Of a stretch of 64,000 nucleotides of DNA, positions 51,701 to 60,359 are shown in pieces. The stretch is from an uncultured delta proteobacterium. Lineage in GTDB: Bacteria > Desulfobacterota > Syntrophia > Syntrophales > Smithellaceae. Below the pieces are notes generated by a model that saw only the letters and a program-made list of their open reading frames with translations, did no database searches and was not told the DNA's origin. Positions within the stretch are counted from its first letter, which is position 1, and each line of letters opens with the position of its first letter. The stretch spans positions 512,001 to 576,000 of the forward strand of contig CAVWEH010000002.1 in the NCBI GenBank assembly GCA_963753975.1. Direction: 5' to 3'. The position numbers and the translations under genes are program-made.

Positions 51701-54700
51701 CTAAACCAGTTCTTTACAGTTAATGTCTCCCCCGTATCCTTGATCCGCAAAACAAGATCGCCGCCCGCATTGAGGCCATAACCAATGTAATCAAAAGAAT
51801 CAACCGTCAACCCCTCCCCAAACTGAACAGTGTCCGTACCGTTATAACTATTATTATCACGCTGGATAATGTCATTGCCGGAACCTCTCCCATAGATGAA
51901 CTTGTCGTCACCGCGACCGCCGTATAAATAGTCGTTACCGGCACCGCCATCGAGTGTATCATTGCCATACTGGCCAGAAAGAGTGTCGTTGCCATCCCCC
52001 CCAAGCAAGGTACTGTTGCCGTAGTAACCCGCTGTCAAAACGTCATCACCAGAACCACCATCCAATATATCGTTGCCATACCAGCCACCTCTTAAAGTGT
52101 CGTTACCATCCCCGCCAAGCAAGGTACTGTTGCCGTAGTAACCCGCCGTCAAAACATCATTCCCAGAACCACCATCCAATATATCGTTACCGTAGGTGCC
52201 GCCAGTTATTGTGTCGTTGCCACCTAAACCATAAATGGTATTGTTATGATCATAAACCGCCACCCCTGTAAGATTGTCATTCCCTTCTGTACCCGTAATG
52301 GGCAAAATCTCCGCCCTGCCGCCTATATCTGCAGCCGTCAGTACCGTACCATCGGCAAAACGAAAATTGTCCACCTGATAATACCCAGAACTAAACCAGT
52401 TCTTTACAGTTAATGTCTCCCCCGTATCCTTGATCCGCAAAACAAGATCGCCGCCCGCATTGAGGCCATAACCAATGTAATCAAAAGAATCAACCGTCAA
52501 CCCCTCCCCAAACTGAACAGTGTCCGTACCGTTATAACTATTATTATCACGCTGGATAATGTCATTGCCGGAACCTCTCCCATAGATGAACTTGTCGTCA
52601 CCGCGACCGCCGTATAAATAGTCGTTACCGGCACCGCCATCGAGTGTATCATTGCCATACTGGCCAGAAAGAGTGTCGTTGCCATCCCCCCCAAGCAAGG
52701 TACTGTTGCCGTAGTAACCCGCTGTCAAAACGTCATCACCAGAACCACCATCCAATATATCGTTGCCATACCAGCCACCTCTTAAAGTGTCGTTACCATC
52801 CCCGCCAAGCAAGGTACTGTTGCCGTAGTAACCCGCCGTCAAAACATCATTCCCAGAACCACCATCCAATATATCGTTACCGTAGGTGCCGCCAGTTATT
52901 GTGTCGTTGCCACCTAAACCATAAATGGTATTGTTATGATCATAAACCGCCACCCCTGTAAGATTGTCATTCCCTTCTGTACCCGTAATGGGCAAAATCT
53001 CCGCCCTGCCGCCTATATCTGCAGCCGTCAGTACCGTACCATCGGCAAAACGAAAATTGTCCACCTGATAATACCCAGAACTAAACCAGTTCTTTACAGT
53101 TAATGTCTCCCCCGTATCCTTGATCCGCAAAACAAGATCGCCGCCCGCATTGAGGCCATAACCAATGTAATCAAAAGAATCAACCGTCAACCCCTCCCCA
53201 AACTGAACAGTGTCCGTACCGTTATAACTATTATTATCACGCTGGATAATGTCATTGCCGGAACCTCTCCCATAGATGAACTTGTCGTCACCGCGACCGC
53301 CGTATAAATAGTCGTTACCGGCACCGCCATCGAGTGTATCATTGCCATACCTGCCATAAAGACTGTCATTGCCCGATCCGCCAATAAGCGTATTGCTGCC
53401 GTTGTAACTCGCCGTAATAACATCATCGCCGGAACCGCCATCCAGCATATCGCTGCCGTTATAACCACCAGTAAGGGTGTCGTTGCCATCACCGCCTAGC
53501 AATATATTGCTATGAGCAGCACCGCCATACCAACCCGCTGTCAAAACATCATTCCCAGAACCACCATCAATGATGTCATTACCGTTGCCGCCAGTTATTG
53601 TGTCGTTGCCGCCTAATCCGTAAACTGTGTTGTTCATATACGAAACCACGGCCGAGGAAAGATTGTCATCTCCTTCAGTCCCCATAATGGGAAGCATCTC
53701 CGTCCGGGCATTTACATCAGCAGCAGTCAGTTCACTGCCGTCGGCAAAATGAAACTTGTCCACTTGATATTCCCAATTAGTAAACCAGTTCTTGATCGTT
53801 AAGGTCTCTCCGGTATCCTTGATCCGCAGGATAAGATCGCCTCCCTCATTGAGGCCATAACCAATGTAATCAAAGGAATCAGCCGTCAGACCTTCACCGA
53901 ACTGCACCGTGTCCGTACCGTTGGGATTGGAATAGTAGCTGTAATCACGCTGGATAATGTCATTGCCGGAACCTCTCCCGTATATAAATGTATCGTTACC
54001 TCCACCGCCGTATAAATAGTCATCGCCCAAACCGCCATCTAGCGTGTCGTTGCCATACCTGCCATAAAGACTGTCATTGCCCGATCCGCCAATAAGCGTA
54101 TTGCTGCCGTTGTAACTCGCCGTAATAACATCATCGCCGGAACCGCCATCCAGCATATCGCTGCCGTTATAACCACCAGTAAGGGTGTCGTTGCCATCAC
54201 CGCCTAGCAATATATTGCTATGAGCAGCACCGCCATACCAACCCGCTGTCAAAACATCATTCCCAGAACCACCATAAAGAATGTCGTTGCCATCACCGCC
54301 CGACAAACTATCGTTACCGGCACCACCAGCGATAGCATCATCATTAGCAGTACCATTTAGTGAAACGTTGCCTGTACCACCAACAATCATATTTTTATCG
54401 AAGGAATTGACAATGAAATACGTTTCCTCGTCAGCCCCGGAAAGCATGTTGTTTCGGAAACTTTCATAATTCAAGTCGGCGCTGTTTTCGGCGTTGAGTC
54501 CACCAAGAGACCGGACAAATTCTGCCAGGGTAAACTTCCCTGTTATTGGATCTGTAGCAATACGCTGCTGGAAATCTGCGGCAACGGTACTTAGATCACC
54601 TTTAATGCTCTGAGTGCTTTCGTCCCAACTATACGTAATTTCATCAAAAAATCCCTTTAGATGGGTTTGCATCATTAGCTCGCCATAAAACATATCAAAC

Positions 54701-56274
54701 AGTTCTTGATAGGCCTGATTTAAAAACGGTACGGCATTGGAATTCGGATTTGCTCCCGTTGTTCCGACAAAATTCTGCCCCAGAAATTTTTCTATTACAG
54801 CAAGCTTCCTGGCATCAAATAAACCGCCTCGACTATTCGGATCAATGCCGTCAGCGCCTGTCCACTTAAATAGTATTTGCTCGAATGTGCTGTTGCGGAT
54901 ATTTGCCGATAAAGAGAGGATAGGTGTTGTACCGCCTGCTGAGGTTAAAACATCTGCATCCGTCTCCGCCATAAACTGTTCAACCAGCGCTTGTAAATCT
55001 CCGCTGGTATCCCTGACCATTGCTTGTTGTAAGTTATATACATTACCATAAGCCTGAATATCGGGCAGGGCGGCAATATCCACCGGTACATTCAACCATT
55101 CATTCGGTATAGTATACGCAGTATCTCTTTGAAACAGAAAGTCACCCATTTGACCGGTTGTGCCGTCAGTCTTTTCAAAGCTCCCTGCCTGCACCAGCAT
55201 ATTTCCTTGCCCATCGGGCGTGTTCGTAGCCGTATAGCCCGTGTTGAGGGCGCTGATCCCCAGTTCGTCGAGGGTCTTCAACTCATCTGCCGTTGAATAG
55301 CCGTCACCATCAATGTCTTGCCAGACTTTGATCTGAGAGAAAGCCACATCGTTTGCATCAACCTTCCCATCGCCGTTGTCATCGAGATCGGCCAAGGCCT
55401 GGAAACCACCGGCCGATTTCTGGCCGTTCTTCAGGAGCGTCTGATCACCGAACAATTCACCGCCATTATTGATTATGCCATCGCCGTTTATGTCCCTGAC
55501 CAAAAGGCCGTCATCGGCAGCTACCCACCCAGTCCGCTCCGCAAAGCCATTCCCATCGTGATCAAAATGTGCGCCTTGCGAGGAAGCGACGGTCTCAAAA
55601 CCGTCACCATCGAGATCCAGGACCAAGGGACAGCTGCGAGGGGGTGCAGCGTCAGCAGCGGTGGTGAAAAGAGAGCGGAAGGATGACATTATTGTATTCG
55701 TTATGTTTTGAAATAAATTGTTAATCCATAGCGGAATAAAAATATCGTTTGATGCATTATCTGCAATATAACCTCTTAACGCATCAAGTCTATTAAGCCA
55801 ACCTTTCAAAAAAACATTTTGCGATGGATCGTTTTCCACAATTTGGTTATATCTTGCTTCTCTTGCATCCAAAAAGACATCAACAAGATCACCATTGTAG
55901 TTATTTATTTCTGCTAAGGTCTGAGGACCAATCACAGCGTCTTGCGGAACACCAAGAATCTCCTGTAACATTTTTACGGCTCTTTCTGTTCCCATATTTA
56001 CAGCCGTATCAAATACGGCTATAGATAAATCTGTAGGCAAGGCGTCTCCACTTATTTTATCCCAATACATTTCTTTGTATATTTTTTTAGCATCATCTTG
56101 AGTTATGTCTTTTACACTTGCCACAGACTCACAAATTATACCCAGTTTTTTAGCCTCATTAAACGTGCCTTGTGTGATACCGTAATTGGTCTCTTTGCCA
56201 CGATCATTTTTGTAATTGGAATATCCTCCTTCTGCCTTTTTTACAAATGGATAAGCAAGATTAAAATTACCCAT
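48766..56274 (-). CDS. 2502-aa RTX (T1SS-type) protein: N-terminal GH108 lysozyme + peptidoglycan-binding domain, FrpC-like self-processing module, Ca-binding GGxGxD repeats
   Basis: EGGY..DRGKETNYGIT, FDTAVNMG, FLKGWLNRL; CPLVLDLDGDG, TGWVAADDGLLVRD, WQDIDGDG; many GGxGND nonapeptides; C-terminal LAQSWK. Confidence 0.92.
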   Translation of the reverse strand: MGNFNLAYPFVKKAEGGYSNYKNDRGKETNYGITQGTFNEAKKLGIICESVASVKDITQDDAKKIYKEMYWDKISGDALPTDLSIAVFDTAVNMGTERAVKMLQEILGVPQDAVIGPQTLAEINNYNGDLVDVFLDAREARYNQIVENDPSQNVFLKGWLNRLDALRGYIADNASNDIFIPLWINNLFQNITNTIMSSFRSLFTTAADAAPPRSCPLVLDLDGDGFETVASSQGAHFDHDGNGFAERTGWVAADDGLLVRDINGDGIINNGGELFGDQTLLKNGQKSAGGFQALADLDDNGDGKVDANDVAFSQIKVWQDIDGDGYSTADELKTLDELGISALNTGYTATNTPDGQGNMLVQAGSFEKTDGTTGQMGDFLFQRDTAYTIPNEWLNVPVDIAALPDIQAYGNVYNLQQAMVRDTSGDLQALVEQFMAETDADVLTSAGGTTPILSLSANIRNSTFEQILFKWTGADGIDPNSRGGLFDARKLAVIEKFLGQNFVGTTGANPNSNAVPFLNQAYQELFDMFYGELMMQTHLKGFFDEITYSWDESTQSIKGDLSTVAADFQQRIATDPITGKFTLAEFVRSLGGLNAENSADLNYESFRNNMLSGADEETYFIVNSFDKNMIVGGTGNVSLNGTANDDAIAGGAGNDSLSGGDGNDILYGGSGNDVLTAGWYGGAAHSNILLGGDGNDTLTGGYNGSDMLDGGSGDDVITASYNGSNTLIGGSGNDSLYGRYGNDTLDGGLGDDYLYGGGGNDTFIYGRGSGNDIIQRDYSYYSNPNGTDTVQFGEGLTADSFDYIGYGLNEGGDLILRIKDTGETLTIKNWFTNWEYQVDKFHFADGSELTAADVNARTEMLPIMGTEGDDNLSSAVVSYMNNTVYGLGGNDTITGGNGNDIIDGGSGNDVLTAGWYGGAAHSNILLGGDGNDTLTGGYNGSDMLDGGSGDDVITASYNGSNTLIGGSGNDSLYGRYGNDTLDGGAGNDYLYGGRGDDKFIYGRGSGNDIIQRDNNSYNGTDTVQFGEGLTVDSFDYIGYGLNAGGDLVLRIKDTGETLTVKNWFSSGYYQVDNFRFADGTVLTAADIGGRAEILPITGTEGNDNLTGVAVYDHNNTIYGLGGNDTITGGTYGNDILDGGSGNDVLTAGYYGNSTLLGGDGNDTLRGGWYGNDILDGGSGDDVLTAGYYGNSTLLGGDGNDTLSGQYGNDTLDGGAGNDYLYGGRGDDKFIYGRGSGNDIIQRDNNSYNGTDTVQFGEGLTVDSFDYIGYGLNAGGDLVLRIKDTGETLTVKNWFSSGYYQVDNFRFADGTVLTAADIGGRAEILPITGTEGNDNLTGVAVYDHNNTIYGLGGNDTITGGTYGNDILDGGSGNDVLTAGYYGNSTLLGGDGNDTLRGGWYGNDILDGGSGDDVLTAGYYGNSTLLGGDGNDTLSGQYGNDTLDGGAGNDYLYGGRGDDKFIYGRGSGNDIIQRDNNSYNGTDTVQFGEGLTVDSFDYIGYGLNAGGDLVLRIKDTGETLTVKNWFSSGYYQVDNFRFADGTVLTAADIGGRAEILPITGTEGNDNLTGVAVYDHNNTIYGLGGNDTITGGTYGNDILDGGSGNDVLTAGYYGNSTLLGGDGNDTLRGGWYGNDILDGGSGDDVLTAGYYGNSTLLGGDGNDTLSGQYGNDTLDGGAGNDYLYGGRGDDKFIYGRGSGNDIIQRDNNSYNGTDTVQFGEGLTVDSFDYIGYGLNAGGDLVLRIKDTGETLTVKNWFSSGYYQVDNFRFADGTVLTAADIGGRAEILPITGTEGNDNLTGVAVYDHNNTIYGLGGNDTITGGTYGNDILDGGSGNDVLTAGYYGNSTLLGGDGNDTLRGGWYGNDILDGGSGDDVLTAGYYGNSTLLGGDGNDTLSGQYGNDTLDGGAGNDYLYGGRGDDKFIYGRGSGNDIIQRDNNSYNGTDTVQFGEGLTVDSFDYIGYGLNAGGDLVLRIKDTGETLTVKNWFSSGYYQVDNFRFADGTVLTAADIGGRAEILPITGTEGNDNLTGVAVYDHNNTIYGLGGNDTITGGTYGNDILDGGSGNDVLTAGYYGNSTLLGGDGNDTLRGGWYGNDILDGGSGDDVLTAGYYGNSTLLGGDGNDTLSGQYGNDTLDGGAGNDYLYGGRGDDKFIYGRGSGNDIIQRDNNSYNGTDTVQFGEGLTVDSFDYIGYGLNAGGDLVLRIKDTGETLTVKNWFSSGYYQVDNFRFADGTVLTAADIGGRAEILPITGTEGNDNLTGVAVYDHNNTIYGLGGNDTITGGTYGNDILDGGSGNDVLTAGYYGNSTLLGGDGNDTLRGGWYGNDILDGGSGDDVLTAGYYGNSTLLGGDGNDTLSGQYGNDTLDGGAGNDILAGGNGSDTYLFRRTDGQDTLNETAGVSGDIDNLKLTDGITTTEPVLVKQNNDLYVFIDANNYMKIAGEFQQTNYGIERLEVTDGHYITRQDIETIVNTMSAINNDSGMDVLQKYTAMMNDQQYQNILAQSWK
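49171..53350. repeat. Six (plus 40 bp) tandem 690-bp repeats encoding 230-aa RTX/HCBP units
   Basis: Period 690 visible in the sequence and in identical shadow ORFs at 49737/50427/51117/51807/52497; no differences spotted by eye. Confidence 0.95.
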
Positions 56275-56305
56275 GATTATCCTCCTTAACGAAGTTTTTT
56301 ATTGT

Positions 56306-56743
56306 CTATTTTTCCTTAAGGTGGTTAAGATAAACTTGAAGGTTTAAAGTCCTTTTCTTCACTACGTTTATCTTCTCACCCGCCAATATGTTCTGCCATA
56401 TTGTTCCCTCAAAATTTTCATAGAATTCACTTATAAAATTAAACTCTGCATCTCTGAATTTTACCCATTGAATCTGGCTTTGCCTTAGAAGTGTCTTCTG
56501 TTTTTCTGGAAGTTTCTTCATAAGTTCTTTATAAATCCTGTTCATTTCTTTGTCCCACATTGTATTTGCTTCTACCGCACACTTTGTCATGCCGATTGTG
56601 CTAGAATCAGATGTAACGCATTTTTCCAGCCATGCATCTATCGGATGTTGTTTTTCTTTCTCCCCTGTAAACCCGTCTCCTGCTGCAAAGATCATCAAGA
56701 GAAAAACGACAATCAACCCTTTTCTAAAAATATTCTTTCGCAT
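56306..56743 (-). CDS. Exported LprI/DUF1311 lysozyme-inhibitor-family protein (putative cognate immunity)
   Basis: Signal peptide; C..STIGMTKC...WDKEMNRIYKEL...LRQSQIQWVKFRD; stop 31 bp before the RTX start. Confidence 0.85.
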   Translation of the reverse strand: MRKNIFRKGLIVVFLLMIFAAGDGFTGEKEKQHPIDAWLEKCVTSDSSTIGMTKCAVEANTMWDKEMNRIYKELMKKLPEKQKTLLRQSQIQWVKFRDAEFNFISEFYENFEGTIWQNILAGEKINVVKKRTLNLQVYLNHLKEK

Positions 56744-56829
56744 ATATCCCCCTTCCCTAAAATTCTAAAATATCCGCATTATTTCAATCCTCAAAAACTG
56801 CATCTGCATCAGATGAAATATTTTGGACG

Positions 56830-56857
56830 ATTCTATTTATTTGCATTATTTTGTCAA
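56830..56857 (-). promoter_or_regulatory. Sigma70 promoter for lprI-RTX
   Basis: Minus strand TTGACA-16 bp-TAGAAT. Confidence 0.6.
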
Positions 56858-56940
56858 TTCTCTTCATTGCCACCCAATTCATTTCTTATGAGCATGTCCT
56901 TGATAACATCTTTATGATTGCGAAGATAATTAAGTGCCAT
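56854..56940 (-). pseudogene. 28-codon gene stub (possibly a displaced toxin N-terminus)
   Basis: AAGGAG RBS; ATG 1 nt after the upstream stop; MALNYLRNHKDVIKDMLIRNELGGNEEN*; stop lies inside the TTGACA of the next promoter. Confidence 0.5.
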
Positions 56941-56941
56941 T

Positions 56942-57826
56942 TTATTTCTCCTTTCTAATTTTGATTAAATAGTTATAAAAATAATCATTTGCTGCCTGAT
57001 CATCTAACGGCCGCTTCATCTTTTTGTATATTTCTTCATCAAACAGAAATACCTTTCTCCCGACCAAGTCGCTCTTTGTTTTAAAATCTTTGTCAAACCG
57101 GATGATTATTATTGATGGTGGGTTTTGGTATTTTAAAAAACCGATAAATAGAAATGTATCGTCTTCTAAGGGGAGATATTTCAATTCTTCAGGCCAACTT
57201 GTTTTTTCGTAATAATATTTCCCCTGGTAATCAAAATTTCTTTCAGCCAAAGGCGTTCTCTTTTTTACCGGTTTATCATAAATGTACAGAAGCTTTTTTT
57301 GTAATAAGACCTTACCATTTTTATCTTTTCTTTCCATGTACCAGTCAAATGGGTCGTCACCCTTCGGATTCATGTTCGTAACTATTTCCACCTTGCTTCC
57401 ATCGCTGAACATGATCAGAGACGATTTCATTATTCTTCTTTCTTTTCTCATTTTATTAAAGAAAACATCGTATTCATCAGTCTTAAAATCCGTAACTGCA
57501 CCGGAGAAAAACAGCCTCCCTACATTTACTGGCTCTTCTTTTTCTCTCACTTTTACCCAGTCCTTAGCATATGTTATTAAATAATCTCCGTTCGACATTT
57601 TCATAACCCAAATAGCAGCATAATCAACGCGATTAGCTACTGGAATGTCTATTCCCCATACATCAGGGTATGGTGGATACTCTACTTGCTGTGTTTTATC
57701 GTTTTGAACATCTACTGGTTTCTCCGCTGCCCATGTGGATACAGCCATTAAAAACAATGTCAGAATCACAGTTTTTAAAATAAAAATACGAAGCAGATGA
57801 TTGTTTCTAAGATAATTATTTTTCAT
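56942..57826 (-). CDS. Exported hypothetical protein (putative orphan immunity protein); start ATG 57826
   Basis: AAGGAGG RBS, signal peptide ending TWA-AE, YPPYPDVWG motif. Confidence 0.7.
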   Translation of the reverse strand: MKNNYLRNNHLLRIFILKTVILTLFLMAVSTWAAEKPVDVQNDKTQQVEYPPYPDVWGIDIPVANRVDYAAIWVMKMSNGDYLITYAKDWVKVREKEEPVNVGRLFFSGAVTDFKTDEYDVFFNKMRKERRIMKSSLIMFSDGSKVEIVTNMNPKGDDPFDWYMERKDKNGKVLLQKKLLYIYDKPVKKRTPLAERNFDYQGKYYYEKTSWPEELKYLPLEDDTFLFIGFLKYQNPPSIIIIRFDKDFKTKSDLVGRKVFLFDEEIYKKMKRPLDDQAANDYFYNYLIKIRKEK

Positions 57827-58377
57827 GCCACCCTCCTTAAAATTTCTGTCGCAAAGCCCAGCCGCTTGCCGCGGTGAAAAGTTTTTACCCAACGTCCACG
57901 GCAAAGCCTTCTTTCGTTACCACCTTTCTGCCGTAAAACGAAAACTTATACTACGAAAAGCTCCCGCACAAATTGCCGGGAATCATGAATTTACATCTTG
58001 CTTAATTTTTTAACTGACAGGAGAGGCAACGTACAGGATGATTTTATTTTCATTAGCAAAACAGGCAAAACCTGTTTACATTTTTAATACTTTTGAAACC
58101 AAAACCATCAAATTTGAAGCTATAAAACTAAAAGAAAGGCGATACTTTTTTACTTTATATAGTTGTTATGTTTTCTAATATGATTACAAATAAATTGTCA
58201 ATAGCAATTATGCACATGAAATGTATATCTGTCCGCTAAATTCATTGATTGTTTTATAGCCAAATAATAAGTTAATTTAATATGTCAAACAGTTTTGTGT
58301 GCAAATATTTTAAATCGACGCGGAATGAAATATTATATTGAGTCTCTCCGCGGCAAGCCGAGGAGAATCTTCGATGC

Positions 58378-58457
58378 ACTCTCAAGGAATTCGTTTTAGC
58401 GGTAATGGCCAAGGTCTCCGATGGTTTGATTTTTGCAATCCTTGCCGCTAATCGCAC
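58378..58457 (-). pseudogene. Truncated 5' end of an aspartate aminotransferase (class I PLP) gene
   Basis: MRLAARIAKIKPSETLAITAK is a typical AspC N-terminus, coupled to the coaD stop; similarity is lost after about 26 codons. Confidence 0.75.
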
Positions 58458-58993
58458 TACCTACCTTCTTTATTGTTGTTGTTACGATTTATGTTGAATT
58501 TTTCCAATAGCTTCTGATGAACATTATCCGGCACCAGAGCCTTTACCGATCCTCCCAAACCGACCACTTCTTTGATAATCTTGGAGCTCGTGTAAAACCA
58601 TTTAAAACCGCTCATGAGAAACACCGTTTCAATTTCTCTTGTTTGACGACGGTTCATCAGGGCCATCTGGAATTCATACTCAAAATCGGAAAGGGCGCGC
58701 ATCCCGCGTAATATTATGCTGGCACCGGAACTTTTCAAATAATCGACAAGCAACCCGGAATGGCAATCAACTCTGACGCCTTTAATTTCTCGGCATACTT
58801 CCCTGATCATATCCATTCTTTCTTCTACCGTGAAAAGAGTGGCTTTATCGGAATTGTAAGCAACGAGAACAATAATTTCATCAAATATTCTAATTCCTCT
58901 TTTGATGATATCCACATGACCGTTGGTAATGGGATCGAATGTGCCGGGATATATGGCAATGCTGTTGGGAAATTTGTCCTGTGTCATTTTCAC
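58457..58993 (-). CDS. coaD: Phosphopantetheine adenylyltransferase
   Basis: YPGTFDPITNGHVDI, RGMRALSDFEYE. Confidence 0.97.
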   Translation of the reverse strand: MKMTQDKFPNSIAIYPGTFDPITNGHVDIIKRGIRIFDEIIVLVAYNSDKATLFTVEERMDMIREVCREIKGVRVDCHSGLLVDYLKSSGASIILRGMRALSDFEYEFQMALMNRRQTREIETVFLMSGFKWFYTSSKIIKEVVGLGGSVKALVPDNVHQKLLEKFNINRNNNNKEGR

Positions 58994-59541
58994 TCCCTTT
59001 TAAAAAAAGTTAAAGCGTTTTCACCATATTTTTTCTGTTTTATCTGTTGGATGTTTTCACCCAAAAGTTCACTGAACTTTTCTCTAATTGAATGCTGAAT
59101 CACAACTACGCCGCCTTCTCTGAGGACACGATACTTATTCAAGGACATAAGCGTCCTCGCTGCCCAATTTCGGTTATAAGGTGGATCGGCAAATACGACA
59201 TCAACTTCATATTTTTTTTTGAAAAGATCGTGTAACCCTATTGTTACATCTGCACCAATTACCCGGCACTTTTGTCCTAAAGAACACGTTTGGATATTAT
59301 TTTTAATAACCTCAATAAGGGCTTTATTTTTTTCTATCAAATAAACTTCTTCGGCTCCGCGGCTGGCAGCCTCCAAACCGACACTGCCCGATCCGGCAAA
59401 GAGATCAAGAAATATTTTGCCTTCCAGGGAGCCCAATAAATTGAAAAGAGTTTCACGTAAAAAATCAGAAGTCGGCCTTTCTTTCGATCTCGCGGGAAAA
59501 GACAATATCCTTCCCTTAAGTTCGCCTCCGATAATACGCAT
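58990..59541 (-). CDS. rsmD: 16S rRNA (guanine966-N2)-methyltransferase
   Basis: MRIIGG, RPT, LDLFAGSG, DPPY. Confidence 0.95.
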   Translation of the reverse strand: MRIIGGELKGRILSFPARSKERPTSDFLRETLFNLLGSLEGKIFLDLFAGSGSVGLEAASRGAEEVYLIEKNKALIEVIKNNIQTCSLGQKCRVIGADVTIGLHDLFKKKYEVDVVFADPPYNRNWAARTLMSLNKYRVLREGGVVVIQHSIREKFSELLGENIQQIKQKKYGENALTFFKRE

Positions 59542-59567
59542 AATTTTTCACAATATATCAAACCTGA

Positions 59568-60359
59568 TTATTTGTTGGGCTCCATATATTGCACCGGCGA
59601 ATTTTTTTTCTCCTTAGCTTTTCTACGCCTTTGCCAGCTTACCTTTGCCAGCCACCATATCGGCCCGGAAAGAGCATAACCTAGCATAGCCACAAAAGCC
59701 ACAATTACCGGTATAGCCACCACTATTATTAAAAAAAGAATTAATGAAAAAAAAGTCATGAACGGCTTGCGCGCCAGAAGCTTCAAGTCCTTGAAGCTAT
59801 AATACTTGATGTTGCTGACCATTAGAATAGAAAGAACCGTAACAAAAAAAAGCATGGAAGGATCATGGAATTTGCCCTCAACTCCCGCATAATCGAAAAA
59901 AATGACTGTTGTGGCCACAACCGAAGCGGCAGCCGGAATGGGCAAACCATTAAATACTTTGCTTTCAATTATGCCGATTTGGATATTATAACGAGCTAAA
60001 CGCAACGCGCCGCAGAGAACGAATAAGAATGCGGCAAGCCAGCCCCATTTGCCGTAAAAAGACATCGCCCAGTTATACGCAAGAAAAGACGGGGCCACGC
60101 CAAAGGCAATCACGTCGGAAAGTGAATCATATTCGGCGCCAAATTTACTGGTCGTGTTGGTAAAGCGGGCAATCCGACCATCCAATCCGTCAAAAACAAC
60201 GGCCACCAAAATCAGGATGGATGCTGGAACAAAATGTTCCTTTAAGGAAGCGATGATGGAATAAAATCCGCAAAATAAGCTGGCTGTCGTAAAAAGGTTG
60301 GGCAATACATAAATGCCTTTTTTAATGCGGATTTTTTTAAAGGGGGTTTCTTTATTCAT
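59568..60359 (-). CDS. pssA: CDP-diacylglycerol--serine O-phosphatidyltransferase
   Basis: LPNLFT, DGLDGRIAR..FGAEYDSLSD, LRLARYN. Confidence 0.95.
   Translation of the reverse strand: MNKETPFKKIRIKKGIYVLPNLFTTASLFCGFYSIIASLKEHFVPASILILVAVVFDGLDGRIARFTNTTSKFGAEYDSLSDVIAFGVAPSFLAYNWAMSFYGKWGWLAAFLFVLCGALRLARYNIQIGIIESKVFNGLPIPAAASVVATTVIFFDYAGVEGKFHDPSMLFFVTVLSILMVSNIKYYSFKDLKLLARKPFMTFFSLILFLIIVVAIPVIVAFVAMLGYALSGPIWWLAKVSWQRRRKAKEKKNSPVQYMEPNK

Noticed and set aside
49171..53350. CRISPR array
   Set aside because: In-frame coding repeats with no unique spacers; no CRISPR array or cas gene was seen anywhere in the window.
49013..53492. Repeated His/Cys/Arg-rich and Met/Thr-rich ORFs in other frames
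   Set aside because: Shadow frames of the 690-bp RTX repeat; no independent coding evidence.
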